Source of the DNA: a virus
Direction: 5' to 3' (one strand)
DNA: 46,301 bases
IMG/VR virus record: IMGVR_UViG_3300045988_085846
Coordinates: 1 to 46,301 of that record
Under the pieces are notes generated by a model, which was not told where the DNA came from, ran no database searches, and saw only the letters and a list, made by a program, of their open reading frames with translations. This document shows, one piece after another, positions 25,975 through 34,330 of this stretch (position 1 is the first letter of the stretch; the number at the start of each line of letters is the position of its first letter). The position numbers and the translations under genes are program-made.

Positions 25975-26211
25975 ATGTTTGATTTCAACGATTTCCAAGA
26001 TTTCCAGAACATAATTTGGCGTAGCAGAATGACCAATGCAGCAAGTAAGTCAGGTGATGGCTTCGGTTTGGGGCGCTCTTCTACACCGGATTACCAGCAG
26101 GACAACAGCAGCGATTTTTTCATGTTCGCGGTAATTATGATAATTTTCGGTGGCGCGTGGATGCGTGAAATTTCCGAAAAATTAGATGAACTGAAAGGGG
26201 ATAAAAAATAA
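25975..26211 (+). CDS. small membrane protein (78 aa)
   Basis: ATG 2 nt after the upstream stop, SD gaaggag; hydrophobic FFMFAVIMIIFGGAWM. Confidence 0.5.
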   Translation: MFDFNDFQDFQNIIWRSRMTNAASKSGDGFGLGRSSTPDYQQDNSSDFFMFAVIMIIFGGAWMREISEKLDELKGDKK

Positions 26212-26621
26212 TGGCCTGTAAGACGATTTGCCGCCTGTGCGACAAGTTGGTGATTTCCCAGGCGGTGAACTATTCCGCTGCGTCCGGGCTTATCATCAAT
26301 ATTCCGGCAGGTAGCTACACCAACGGGCAAAAAGTTTGCCTGGTGATCGCCCAGAACATTCCTGCGGCGGCTACCATCAATGCGCCGGTATCTATCACTA
26401 TCGGCACCGGTACCCAGTTGTACCCGCTGAATCGTGCAGACTGCACCCAGGCAACGGCCTGCAACCTGCGAACCAGAACGCGGTACAGCACCAGAATTTC
26501 GACAACGGCCACAGGTGGCGCTTTCAAACTGCTGGGCCGTCCCTGCTGTGCGCCTAGCAACGCCTTGGCTTCCATCGACGGAACGGCCCCGACAACTAAC
26601 GAAGGAGGCGGCGCAGGATGA
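26211..26621 (+). CDS. Cys-rich hypothetical protein (136 aa, 8 Cys)
   Basis: MACKTICRLCDK... N-terminus, ...GRPCCAPS near the C-terminus; beta-rich-looking A/T/I/N composition; start overlaps the upstream stop (TAATG). Confidence 0.55.
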   Translation: MACKTICRLCDKLVISQAVNYSAASGLIINIPAGSYTNGQKVCLVIAQNIPAAATINAPVSITIGTGTQLYPLNRADCTQATACNLRTRTRYSTRISTTATGGAFKLLGRPCCAPSNALASIDGTAPTTNEGGGAG

Positions 26622-27343
26622 GTAAATTTAGCAGAATGATGCTCCTAAACTCTGGTAGCAAAAAGGCTTCCGATGATCGCGAGGAAAACGAACGCCGGGA
26701 GCGGCAGGAACGCCGTCACGACTACAACGTAGATGATCGTTTCCGTGATACCAATGGCCGCGAACACTACGACAATGGCCGCTACGCGCCCCAGGACACT
26801 ATGCCCTATTACTATCCCCCTTATGGAGGCTACGACGCTAGGGAAGGGCGTGAACCTGGCTATACATGGACTAGAAATGGCGGATACGCGGAACCCACCA
26901 AAACAACCCGCCCCATTGGGTTTGAGCGCGGTGATGCTCCCTACATGGGCGGCGCAGATGCTACCGTTCCCCGGTACAACGAAATGGAGCGTATGCCCGG
27001 AAACCGTTCCATGACCGGCGGCGCAGAATCCAACGTTTCGCCGCGTTTCGACATGCAGATGGCCCAAGAGTGGACGCGCCGGATGCAGAATGAGGATGGC
27101 ACCACCGGCCCACACTGGACGATTGACCAAACCAACAAGGTGATGGAACAGCGCGGGGTAAATGAGGACCCTGTTAAGTTCTGGGCGGCGATGAATATGA
27201 TCTATTCCGATTTCGTCAATGTAGCCAAAAAGCTTGGCATTTCTAACGTAGATTTCTACACTGAAATGACCCGCGCTTTCCTGGATGATAAGGACATTTC
27301 AGGGGACAAATTGGCAAAATATTATGAATATGTGGTGAAATAA
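26618..27343 (+). CDS. hypothetical protein: R/E/D-rich then Y/G/P-rich N-half, globular C-terminal domain
   Basis: 241 aa; DDREENERRERQERRHDYNVDDRFRD..., YYYPPYGGYDAREG...; C-terminus GPHWTIDQTNKVM...FWAAMNMIYSDFVNVAKKLG... Confidence 0.6.
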   Translation: MSKFSRMMLLNSGSKKASDDREENERRERQERRHDYNVDDRFRDTNGREHYDNGRYAPQDTMPYYYPPYGGYDAREGREPGYTWTRNGGYAEPTKTTRPIGFERGDAPYMGGADATVPRYNEMERMPGNRSMTGGAESNVSPRFDMQMAQEWTRRMQNEDGTTGPHWTIDQTNKVMEQRGVNEDPVKFWAAMNMIYSDFVNVAKKLGISNVDFYTEMTRAFLDDKDISGDKLAKYYEYVVK

Positions 27344-27400
27344 CGAATAAACAACCGAAACCCCTAGATTTTTCCAAAATCAAAGAAACGGCCAAGGATT

Positions 27401-27418
27401 TTGACTAAAATTTGACTA
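27401..27418. repeat. arm-type repeat ttgactaaaatttgacta (copy 1)
   Basis: Exact 18-bp direct repeat of 27591-27608; the copies flank the attP core 190 bp apart. Confidence 0.8.
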
Positions 27419-27478
27419 AAACCTGGGCGTATTTCGGGGCATCTCAGGGGCCTTCAAAGTACCACCAAAAACAGCAAA

Positions 27479-27528
27479 AAACCGTTGAGAATCAAAGGAA
27501 ATCCTTGAAACTCAACGGTTTTCTGTTT
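27479..27528 (+). terminator. terminator of the rightward orphan operon
   Basis: aaaccgttgag...ctcaacggttt stem with an inner hairpin, followed by tttctgttt. Confidence 0.6.
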
Positions 27529-27551
27529 GGCGGAGAAGGAGGGATTTGAAC
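27528..27551 (-). other. attP core: 3' end of a tRNA (T-loop to CCA) on the minus strand
   Basis: Reverse complement is gttcaaatccctccttctccgcca = TTCAAAT T-loop, CCCTC T-stem, CTTCTCC acceptor, G73, CCA (Ser-type acceptor GGAGAAG); 55 nt from the integrase stop. Confidence 0.7.
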
Positions 27552-27590
27552 TATCACTTTTTCGTTGAAAATCAAAGGCTTTTTGCGCCA

Positions 27591-27608
27591 TTGACTAAAA
27601 TTTGACTA
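27591..27608. repeat. arm-type repeat ttgactaaaatttgacta (copy 2, overlaps the integrase stop)
   Basis: Exact copy of 27401-27418. Confidence 0.8.
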
Positions 27609-28655
27609 TCTTTCCTTCTCTGGGGTTTCAAACTCATAATTTGCCCCTAGTAGTTTTTTGTTCACCTTCTTGGAATGTACCTCTCGGATGTGTGTATAAA
27701 TATCCTTGGTAGTGGATTCTTGGGCGTGTCCCAATAATTTTTGAGCGTCTTTCGTTCTGATGTCTTCTTCGTACAACAGGGTAGCGTATGCGTGGCGGAT
27801 AGGATGCGGAGTGCAGGTTACGCCGGATTCGCGCTTATATTTTGCCCAGCACCCTTCAAAAACCCCTTCTGTCATCAGCTTTCCGTATTTGTCCGGGAAA
27901 ATCAATCCCTTGCTCTTCTGGGTGATGATTTTATCTTCCAGGGCTTTCAACAGGGGTAAGGGGCGGATGCCGTTCTCGGTTTTTGGGGCCTTTATCTTTT
28001 TTACACCCAGGGCAGATACACGGGATTTTGTAACGTGAATCAATTTTTCTTTGAAATCCACGTCCTCCCAGCGCAGGGCGAGTAGTTCACCACGCCGCAA
28101 TCCTGTGTACAGCGTCCAATATGCGAACATCCCGAATGTGCATTCTGTCGAATGGATCACTCGCTTTATATCATCGTCGCTGGCTATCTGCCGTTTCTTT
28201 TTTGGTAGGCCTGCCGGTATCTCTATCTCCCGACAAGCGTTGATCCTTGTGTATCCGTGCGCCACGGCATACTTGCAAATCATATTGATAACAGAACGCT
28301 GTGTGCTAGCTGTTTTCCGCGCTGGATGCTGTTCGGCAACATAGCGCATTAAAAATGCGTTGATGTCCACGGGTTCAATTTCGGTTATCTGCCTATCACC
28401 TAGAGCCTCGATAGCTCGGCGGATGGGGGCATAGTACGATTTCTTTGTGTTGATTTCCAGCCCTTCAACGTAGTTCTCCTGCCATTCTTCGGCGATAGCG
28501 CCAAATGTCCGGGCTTGTTCCTGTTCCTGTTCGTACTGGTTAATCTTTTCCAGCACTTCCCGTTTTGTCCTGCCATAGAAAAATTTGGTTTTCTTTTGGC
28601 CGTTTACAACAATAGGCAGAGTTTCCTGCCACCTTCCGTCTGCGCGTTTGTACAT
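27606..28655 (-). CDS. int: tyrosine integrase
   Basis: 349 aa; ...TGLRRGELLALRWEDVDF...HPIRHAYATLLYEE...LLGHAQESTTKDIYTH (R...HxxR...Y catalytic pattern). Confidence 0.9.
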   Translation of the reverse strand: MYKRADGRWQETLPIVVNGQKKTKFFYGRTKREVLEKINQYEQEQEQARTFGAIAEEWQENYVEGLEINTKKSYYAPIRRAIEALGDRQITEIEPVDINAFLMRYVAEQHPARKTASTQRSVINMICKYAVAHGYTRINACREIEIPAGLPKKKRQIASDDDIKRVIHSTECTFGMFAYWTLYTGLRRGELLALRWEDVDFKEKLIHVTKSRVSALGVKKIKAPKTENGIRPLPLLKALEDKIITQKSKGLIFPDKYGKLMTEGVFEGCWAKYKRESGVTCTPHPIRHAYATLLYEEDIRTKDAQKLLGHAQESTTKDIYTHIREVHSKKVNKKLLGANYEFETPEKER

Positions 28656-28934
28656 TGAATTTTCCTCCTGTGTGTGCTACACTAGCAGGGACTGGCAGCG
28701 TAGCAGCGTTGTCTAGTCGGGTTTATAGGGGGAGCCGCCTGCACTCGAATTTTGGGCGGTTCCTCTCTTTTTGTTCAATATGTCCATGCTCCAGCCTTGC
28801 ATTGGTACAGTGTCCCTGCTATACTGGTACCGATGCAACGCGGAGAAGTTAAAAAGTTGCAGATTTCTCCTAGCCGTGGGGGCTAGGTGCAAGAAAGCCG
28901 TCTGGGAATTCAGGGTCCCGGACGGCTTCTCTTT

Positions 28935-29477
28935 TTAGCTTAATTGTGCAGGATCAAATTCCTGTGTTGCTTTGTCAGCGCCGCCAAGGAAAACGCTCAA
29001 TTCAAATTCTACCTTAGATGTTGTGTTGGGTAATTCGTAGGCAAGCTGAAAATCTTGGGTGGTTCCAGGACGAATGTCCTTCCATTGTGCATCCCCGTCA
29101 TAAACACCATCCCGATCTTCGACGGCAGCGTTTTCTAACTGTACGCCGTCCTGGAACGCCTGCCCCATCAAAGCTGCCAGCGCGGACGTGGTTTCTTCGC
29201 TGTTATTCGTCCAGGTGCAATCAACGATGATAGCATCGTTTCCTTCTATATCTTTCGTAACAGAAGCACCCTTGACAGCGAAATCATAGCTATCAGTGGA
29301 AATGCTGGCGGTATCTTTGGACGTTTCTTCGTCCTTGGCAGTGTCGGCGGTCTGGGTGGTATCCCCTGCGCTGTTTCCGCTGGTATCAGTTGTCGTACCA
29401 GCATCACCACCACCACAAGCGCACAGCGTCAGAGCCAGTGCAGAACCGAACAGAATAGCGGCTATACGCTTTTTCAT
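28935..29477 (-). CDS. lipoprotein (DUF4352/immunoglobulin-like fold type)
   Basis: Signal peptide plus lipobox MKKRIAAILFGSALALTLCAC; Thr/Asp-rich linker; beta-rich domain. Confidence 0.65.
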   Translation of the reverse strand: MKKRIAAILFGSALALTLCACGGGDAGTTTDTSGNSAGDTTQTADTAKDEETSKDTASISTDSYDFAVKGASVTKDIEGNDAIIVDCTWTNNSEETTSALAALMGQAFQDGVQLENAAVEDRDGVYDGDAQWKDIRPGTTQDFQLAYELPNTTSKVEFELSVFLGGADKATQEFDPAQLS

Positions 29478-29920
29478 TGGGCACCGTCCACTTTCTCCAG
29501 GGTGGCGGTGATGGTGCTACCGTCCACAGTCACGTCATAAGTGATCTTGCCGTCCTGGTAGGTGAATGTCTTGGTTTCGTCTGGGGATGCCATGAGCGCG
29601 GTGCTAGTCTGTTCTGTGTCGTTCTGAGAATCCCAGGTATAGGGTTCGTCTGCCGTGGTGGGTGCGGTGTAGGTACCAGCCCAGTACAGCATAGAATCAC
29701 CATCTACCACCCAATCGACCGTGATAGAATCATCGGTGATTGTGGCTTTCTGGCTCACCTCATCGGACAGCTTGGCTTCCCATTCGCCCACCAAACTAGG
29801 CGGGGTTGCCTGCTCGGAATCCGCTGCCGGTGCATCCGTCGTGCTGCCGCTGCTTCCACAGGCGCACAAGGACAGCATCAACAGGGTACCAGTCAGGCCT
29901 GCTAACACTCTCTTCTTCAT
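29474..29920 (-). CDS. lipoprotein
   Basis: MKKRVLAGLTGTLLMLSLCACGSSG lipobox; overlaps the downstream lipoprotein gene by 4 nt. Confidence 0.65.
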   Translation of the reverse strand: MKKRVLAGLTGTLLMLSLCACGSSGSTTDAPAADSEQATPPSLVGEWEAKLSDEVSQKATITDDSITVDWVVDGDSMLYWAGTYTAPTTADEPYTWDSQNDTEQTSTALMASPDETKTFTYQDGKITYDVTVDGSTITATLEKVDGAQ

Positions 29921-29969
29921 TTTTTACCTCCAAATATATTTATTGCCGCCCTCCAGCGGCATCGGGAAC

Positions 29970-30395
29970 TTAGTACCTCACCCAACCCAGTCCACCGTTG
30001 AATATATCGATCAACAGGAACACAATAGCCCCGAATAGGGTAGCCAAAAGCGCAACGGAAAATATACGCTTCTGCTTTCGTTCGTATTCCAGGTGCTTCA
30101 ACAACCCTGCAATGCGCTGCTTATAAGCTTCCTCTAGGTGGTTCTGTGATTCCTCTAACTGGGCCAGGGTGGTATTGTTTCTCATGGCGCGTTCGTCCTG
30201 CGCCGCTTTCTCCGCTCTTAACATTTGCATGATTGCGTCCGCAATGTCCGGCGGCGGTTCGGATTGCCCGTTGATATAACGGCTCACCATACTCTCGGAG
30301 CTGTTACATGTAGCGGCAATCTCCCTTAGTGTTACTCTTGTTTCTTCCTTCAACTCCTTTGCTGCCTTGGCAAATTTTCCACCATCATCACCCAC
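29970..30395 (-). CDS. membrane-anchored XRE-type HTH protein
   Basis: 141 aa; LREIAATCNSSESMVSRYINGQ HTH, coiled middle part, C-terminal TM IFSVALLATLFGAIVFLLIDIF. Confidence 0.6.
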   Translation of the reverse strand: MGDDGGKFAKAAKELKEETRVTLREIAATCNSSESMVSRYINGQSEPPPDIADAIMQMLRAEKAAQDERAMRNNTTLAQLEESQNHLEEAYKQRIAGLLKHLEYERKQKRIFSVALLATLFGAIVFLLIDIFNGGLGWVRY

Positions 30396-30598
30396 GTTTC
30401 TACATCTCCGTTCATTGCAAGGGGGGATGCAAAATGTTGAAAGGCCCCTTGCGTAGTTTGCAATGGATATTCCATACCTTCCATGTTATGGTAATCCAAG
30501 GAAAATTGGGAAAGGGACGAGCGGGGAAGGGATTTCGCAAACCACCCCGCGCCCCGCGTTTACACCAGAACACAATCGGATATAATGGAGGTATAGGG

Positions 30599-30715
30599 AT
30601 GGATCGCTTACTGTTGCTGGGGAAGATTCAGGCCATTATAAACAGCCTGACAGACAGAGAGCTGCGGATGTTGTACAACCGCCTACTCACCGCGAAAAAT
30701 GGGAGGATAACATGA
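30599..30715 (+). CDS. possible 38-aa peptide
   Basis: SD ggaggt 8 nt upstream of the ATG; tttaca-16-tataat just upstream; MDRLLLLGKIQAIINSLTDRELRMLYNRLLTAKNGRIT. Confidence 0.3.
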   Translation: MDRLLLLGKIQAIINSLTDRELRMLYNRLLTAKNGRIT

Positions 30716-30783
30716 CTACAACCTACGGAAACAACGACCGATTGACGGAAATCATCAACCAGTGCCAAGAGCCGCGCAGGGTG

Positions 30784-31173
30784 TTAGCCCTGCTTGCCCT
30801 TATTGTTAAACCATGCTTGAATCAGAACGACAACACTAGAGAGGAAGTCCAGATCAGCGTCGGTGATGTGTTCACCCGGCTTGGTGATACCCAAGCCGAC
30901 TAACACGGCCTCGACCTCTTCCTTTGTTACAAGGTCCTTCTGTCTCGCAGATTGCGGGGCGGGAGGATCTTTTTCGTTCCCATCAGCGAAGCCAAGTAAG
31001 AAATCAACGCTTGTTCTGCAAAATCTCGCTATTTGAACCAGTAAGTCAGACTTAGGATCATGTTTCCCGGTTTCGTATCCATGCAGTGTTGCCGGGGCGA
31101 TTCCGAGAAGTTTTGCGAGTTCTCTTTGCGACAGGTTGGCCGCTTCCCGCGCCTCTCTGATTTTGAATTCCAT
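30784..31173 (-). CDS. CI-like repressor (XRE HTH)
   Basis: 129 aa; LSQRELAKLLGIAPATLHGYETGKHDP; divergent from the Cro-like gene. Confidence 0.75.
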   Translation of the reverse strand: MEFKIREAREAANLSQRELAKLLGIAPATLHGYETGKHDPKSDLLVQIARFCRTSVDFLLGFADGNEKDPPAPQSARQKDLVTKEEVEAVLVGLGITKPGEHITDADLDFLSSVVVLIQAWFNNKGKQG

Positions 31174-31204
31174 ATTGAAATCCTCGCTTTCTTTCGACAG
31201 CTAT

Positions 31205-31328
31205 ATAATAGCGCATTGCTTTGGAAATGTCAACAAGAAATTCGAGATTCTCTAACTTTTTGCGAAAAACCTCTTGACAAATTCGAGAATCTCAACTATG
31301 ATATAACCAGAGTTTGAGAAACTCAAAT
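31205..31328. promoter_or_regulatory. lysis/lysogeny switch: divergent promoters plus three operator-like sites
   Basis: Rightward TTGACA (31274-79), 17 nt, TATGAT (31297-302); leftward TTGACA (31233-28), 17 nt, TATTAT (31210-05); aaattcgagattctc 31238-52, aaattcgagaatctc 31279-93, gtttgagaaactcaaat 31312-28. Confidence 0.7.
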
Positions 31329-31351
31329 TTTTACTAGAAGGGAGAGGTTAG

Positions 31352-31564
31352 ATGAGGGCGAACATCGAGGCCGAACGTGGCCGCAAGCGGATTCCAAAGT
31401 ATAAGTTATCCCGGATGCTTGGCATCTCCCAGGAAACTTATAACCGGTATATCAACGGCGAGAATTCTATTCCGTCCGATGTGCTTGTAAATATGCGAAA
31501 CATCTTCGGGTGTTCCATTGATTATCTGCTCGGTGTCATTGACGAACGACAGGAAATCAGCTGA
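31352..31564 (+). CDS. Cro-like XRE HTH protein
   Basis: 70 aa; YKLSRMLGISQETYNRYINGENSIPSD; SD gggagagg. Confidence 0.7.
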   Translation: MRANIEAERGRKRIPKYKLSRMLGISQETYNRYINGENSIPSDVLVNMRNIFGCSIDYLLGVIDERQEIS

Positions 31565-31578
31565 AAGGAGGCAATACC

Positions 31579-31794
31579 ATGGCGAAGGGTTTCGAGTGGG
31601 AGTTTGCCCCGGACCAAAAGGACATTGACGCCTGTAAAGGCGCGGTGATGCCTTGCACCAGCGGCTACACCTACCCCAAGGAAAGCACGGCTATCTGGTA
31701 CGGGAAGCGCTGGATGAAGGAGACGGGGAGAACCGGAACGGTGAGGGCCATTCTGGCCCACCAGAAAATGAGACCCTGCATTTTGGACTACTAA
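31579..31794 (+). CDS. hypothetical early protein
   Basis: 71 aa, SD aaaggagg. Confidence 0.45.
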   Translation: MAKGFEWEFAPDQKDIDACKGAVMPCTSGYTYPKESTAIWYGKRWMKETGRTGTVRAILAHQKMRPCILDY

Positions 31795-31806
31795 GGAGGT
31801 GATACC

Positions 31807-32223
31807 ATGGCGAAGAAGTTTGTAGTGAAACCAGAGAACGGCAAGGTTGCCGTCCTGGTTGATGGGACGGAGATCAAGGACGTTACCGCCTACACCATCC
31901 GAGAACACGCCGAGAACAGCTATGCGGAAGTCACGCTGTCCTTCATTGTGTGGGACAAGTGGCTGGTGTTCAAGGGTGAGGATACCAGCGGGTCGAAAAA
32001 ACCTGACCCGGCCTATCTGAAAGTCCTGCAAGAGGACCTGGCCCACGCAAAAACCAGGCTGGAAAACGCCGACCCGGAAGGTAAGCTGTACGCACTGCAA
32101 GTGCTGTACGAAGTGGCGCGGGAGATCGACCGCTACATGGCTTACAACAAGGAAAGGGGGGAGGAAGATGGAGAAAGCGACGTTTCACGACCATCTGACC
32201 CGTCTCCGGGAACTGTTTCCTGA
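31807..32223 (+). CDS. hypothetical early protein
   Basis: 138 aa, SD aaggagg; the 3' end overlaps the next gene by 56 nt. Confidence 0.45.
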   Translation: MAKKFVVKPENGKVAVLVDGTEIKDVTAYTIREHAENSYAEVTLSFIVWDKWLVFKGEDTSGSKKPDPAYLKVLQEDLAHAKTRLENADPEGKLYALQVLYEVAREIDRYMAYNKERGEEDGESDVSRPSDPSPGTVS

Positions 32224-32380
32224 GCGGGAGACGATCACGGTGGCAGAAGCCGCCCGACTGGTGGGGTGTAAGCCCCAGACCTTGCGGGAGAGCAGAGACT
32301 TTCCCATGAAGCCCGTTGGACGGGCGAAGCGGTACCATGTAGTACCAATCATCAACCTGGCCCGTTGGATGGCCTGCTGA
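32168..32380 (+). CDS. excisionase/MerR-type HTH protein
   Basis: 70 aa; ITVAEAARLVGCKPQTLRE; strong SD ggggggagga. Confidence 0.45.
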   Translation: MEKATFHDHLTRLRELFPERETITVAEAARLVGCKPQTLRESRDFPMKPVGRAKRYHVVPIINLARWMAC

Positions 32381-32393
32381 AAGGAGAAAAACC

Positions 32394-32618
32394 ATGACTG
32401 TACAGGAAATCAAAACCCGCAACACCGAGCGGGAATGGGCTGATATCGAGGCCCTGGTACGGGCTATCAGCCCCACGCTGGAAAAGAACGCCAAGCATCG
32501 GCGTGACGAGGAAGTCCGCAAGGCGCGGGAAGCCCGGCGGAAGCGTATCCACAACCGGCGCAAGGCGAACATCAACGCCGCCCTGCATAACGCCGGTATC
32601 CCGCTGCGGTTGGTGTGA
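32394..32618 (+). CDS. hypothetical basic protein
   Basis: 74 aa, SD aaaggag. Confidence 0.4.
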   Translation: MTVQEIKTRNTEREWADIEALVRAISPTLEKNAKHRRDEEVRKAREARRKRIHNRRKANINAALHNAGIPLRLV

Positions 32619-32623
32619 GCGCC

Positions 32624-32929
32624 ATGAAAGACGAATTCACGGTGCCCGCTCAGAGGCCGTGGAGGGATACCAAAACGGGTGGCGCTGAACGCCGCGGGCC
32701 ATATCGCAAGGACGAAAACCCGGAGATGGTTGAAATTTGCCTGAAATGCCCACGCGAGACGTGTAGACCGAATGGCTGCAAGTATTTGCAGAATCCACGG
32801 GAAAAATTCCCTATTCCGCCCCACTTTGCCGTCCGGCTTCGAGCTGGGTGGTCAAAAGCTAAACTGGCCCGGCAGTACGGTGTCACGGTCTACCGGGTGC
32901 GGAAATGGGCCGAAAAGCTTGGGAAATGA
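32624..32929 (+). CDS. hypothetical protein with a C-terminal HTH
   Basis: WSKAKLARQYGVTVYRVRKWAEKLG; the start could also be GTG 32615. Confidence 0.4.
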   Translation: MKDEFTVPAQRPWRDTKTGGAERRGPYRKDENPEMVEICLKCPRETCRPNGCKYLQNPREKFPIPPHFAVRLRAGWSKAKLARQYGVTVYRVRKWAEKLGK

Positions 32930-33019
32930 AAATGCCGCCCACAGGGGGGTGAAACCCTGCAAGCGGCAAAGGAAAGAAAAAACTATGGATATAGTACCAG
33001 AAAGGACGGGATTTGTCAA

Positions 33020-33229
33020 ATGGAAAACGGAAGCGCCCTGTTTCCTATGGAAATCAACATTCCGGTGACGATGGATGAAATCAAGATTTTCGCAGCCGCC
33101 GACTTTGATGATTTCTTCGCTTGGGTAGAAAACAACCATGAGTATGTGCTGTACCGCTACCTGATGGAACGGCTGGACGCCCTGAAAGGGTATATCCGCG
33201 AAGGAGGACTGACTAATGACCCTGTATGA
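33020..33229 (+). CDS. hypothetical protein
   Basis: 69 aa; alternative start ATG 33047. Confidence 0.35.
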   Translation: MENGSALFPMEINIPVTMDEIKIFAAADFDDFFAWVENNHEYVLYRYLMERLDALKGYIREGGLTNDPV

Positions 33230-33722
33230 AATCGACGCCGCAATTTTGACGGCTATCGCCAACGGCACTGACCCAGAGACCGGGGAGATCAACAACCTGG
33301 ACGAACTCATGGGCCTGCAAATGGAGCGGGACCAGAAGATTGAGAATATCGCCTGCCTGGTGAAGAACTTGAAAGACGATGTTTGCGGCCTGAAAGCGGA
33401 GGCTCAGGCCCTCACCGAGCGCCGCCGGGTGGCTGAGAACAAGGTTGCGCGGCTGGAAGCTGTGCTTGATGAGGCCCTGGATGGGCAGAAGTTCCAGACG
33501 CCCCGCTGTGTGGTGTCCTTCCGCAACAGCAAGGCAGTTGAGGTTGACGATGAGGATGCCCTTATCAACTGGGCCTGTTTGAATGGGCAGGAGGACAATT
33601 TCGTCCGCTACAAATCGCCTGAGATCAACAAGGCCAATCTGTTGCGGTACCTGAAAGAAGACCACCCGCTGGACCCGCCTGGTGTGCGGCTGGTGGAGCG
33701 GCGCAGTTTGGGGGTGAAATGA
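33216..33722 (+). CDS. Siphovirus Gp157-like protein
   Basis: 168 aa; MTLYEIDAAILTAI...ETGEI...coiled coil...VSFRNSKAVEVDDEDAL pattern typical of Gp157 proteins next to annealases. Confidence 0.55.
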   Translation: MTLYEIDAAILTAIANGTDPETGEINNLDELMGLQMERDQKIENIACLVKNLKDDVCGLKAEAQALTERRRVAENKVARLEAVLDEALDGQKFQTPRCVVSFRNSKAVEVDDEDALINWACLNGQEDNFVRYKSPEINKANLLRYLKEDHPLDPPGVRLVERRSLGVK

Positions 33723-34330
33723 TGGAAAACATGGAACTGTACGACAGTTTCCGTGCTGTCCCAGAAAACGCAAAACGCTCTATCAATGCCGGGCGTTTGA
33801 AAGGCAAAACGGATATCAATCCCATGTGGCGTATCAAAGCCCTCACAGAACGATTCGGGCCGTGCGGCATCGGGTGGAAATACGAAATCACCAACCAAGC
33901 ACTCCAGAACGGCGCAAACGGTGAAATCGCCGCATTTGTTGATATTCGACTCTCCTACAAGGTCGATGATGTTTGGTCAGAACCCGTTTACGGCGTGGGT
34001 GGTTCAATGTTTGTTGCCAAGGAACGGAACGGCCTTTACACGTCGGATGAGTGCTTCAAGATGGCCCTTACGGATGCTATCAGCGTTGCAGCAAAAGCCT
34101 TGGGCATCGGGGCAGATGTGTATTGGCAGGCGGACGCCACTAAATACACGCCGCCACAGACAGCCCTCCCGAAATGCGAAATGTGCGGCGGTGACATTAC
34201 TGCCGACATTTTAGGGGACGGCAAACTGTACTCCCCGGACCAAATCGCAAGGGCCACAAAAAAACAAACCGGGCAACAGATTTGCTCGGAGTGCATGCGG
34301 AAGCTGAAAGCCCATGAAACCACCACTTGA
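33719..34330 (+). CDS. Rad52-like single-strand annealing protein with a C-terminal zinc ribbon
   Basis: INPMWRIKALTERFGPCGIGWKYEI...VYGVGGSMF...MALTDAISVAAKALGIGADVYW; C-terminus CEMCGG...CSEC. Confidence 0.55.
   Translation: MMENMELYDSFRAVPENAKRSINAGRLKGKTDINPMWRIKALTERFGPCGIGWKYEITNQALQNGANGEIAAFVDIRLSYKVDDVWSEPVYGVGGSMFVAKERNGLYTSDECFKMALTDAISVAAKALGIGADVYWQADATKYTPPQTALPKCEMCGGDITADILGDGKLYSPDQIARATKKQTGQQICSECMRKLKAHETTT

Noticed and set aside
28896-28927. Hairpin agccgtc...gacggct as a firm terminator between the lipoprotein genes and int
   Set aside because: The stem is good, but the T-run is on the + strand, whereas both neighbouring genes are on the - strand. The function is uncertain, so it is not listed as a feature.
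30712-30903. 63-aa plus-strand ORF
   Set aside because: Two-thirds of it is antisense to the C-terminal part of the well-supported CI-like repressor gene, and it has no SD.
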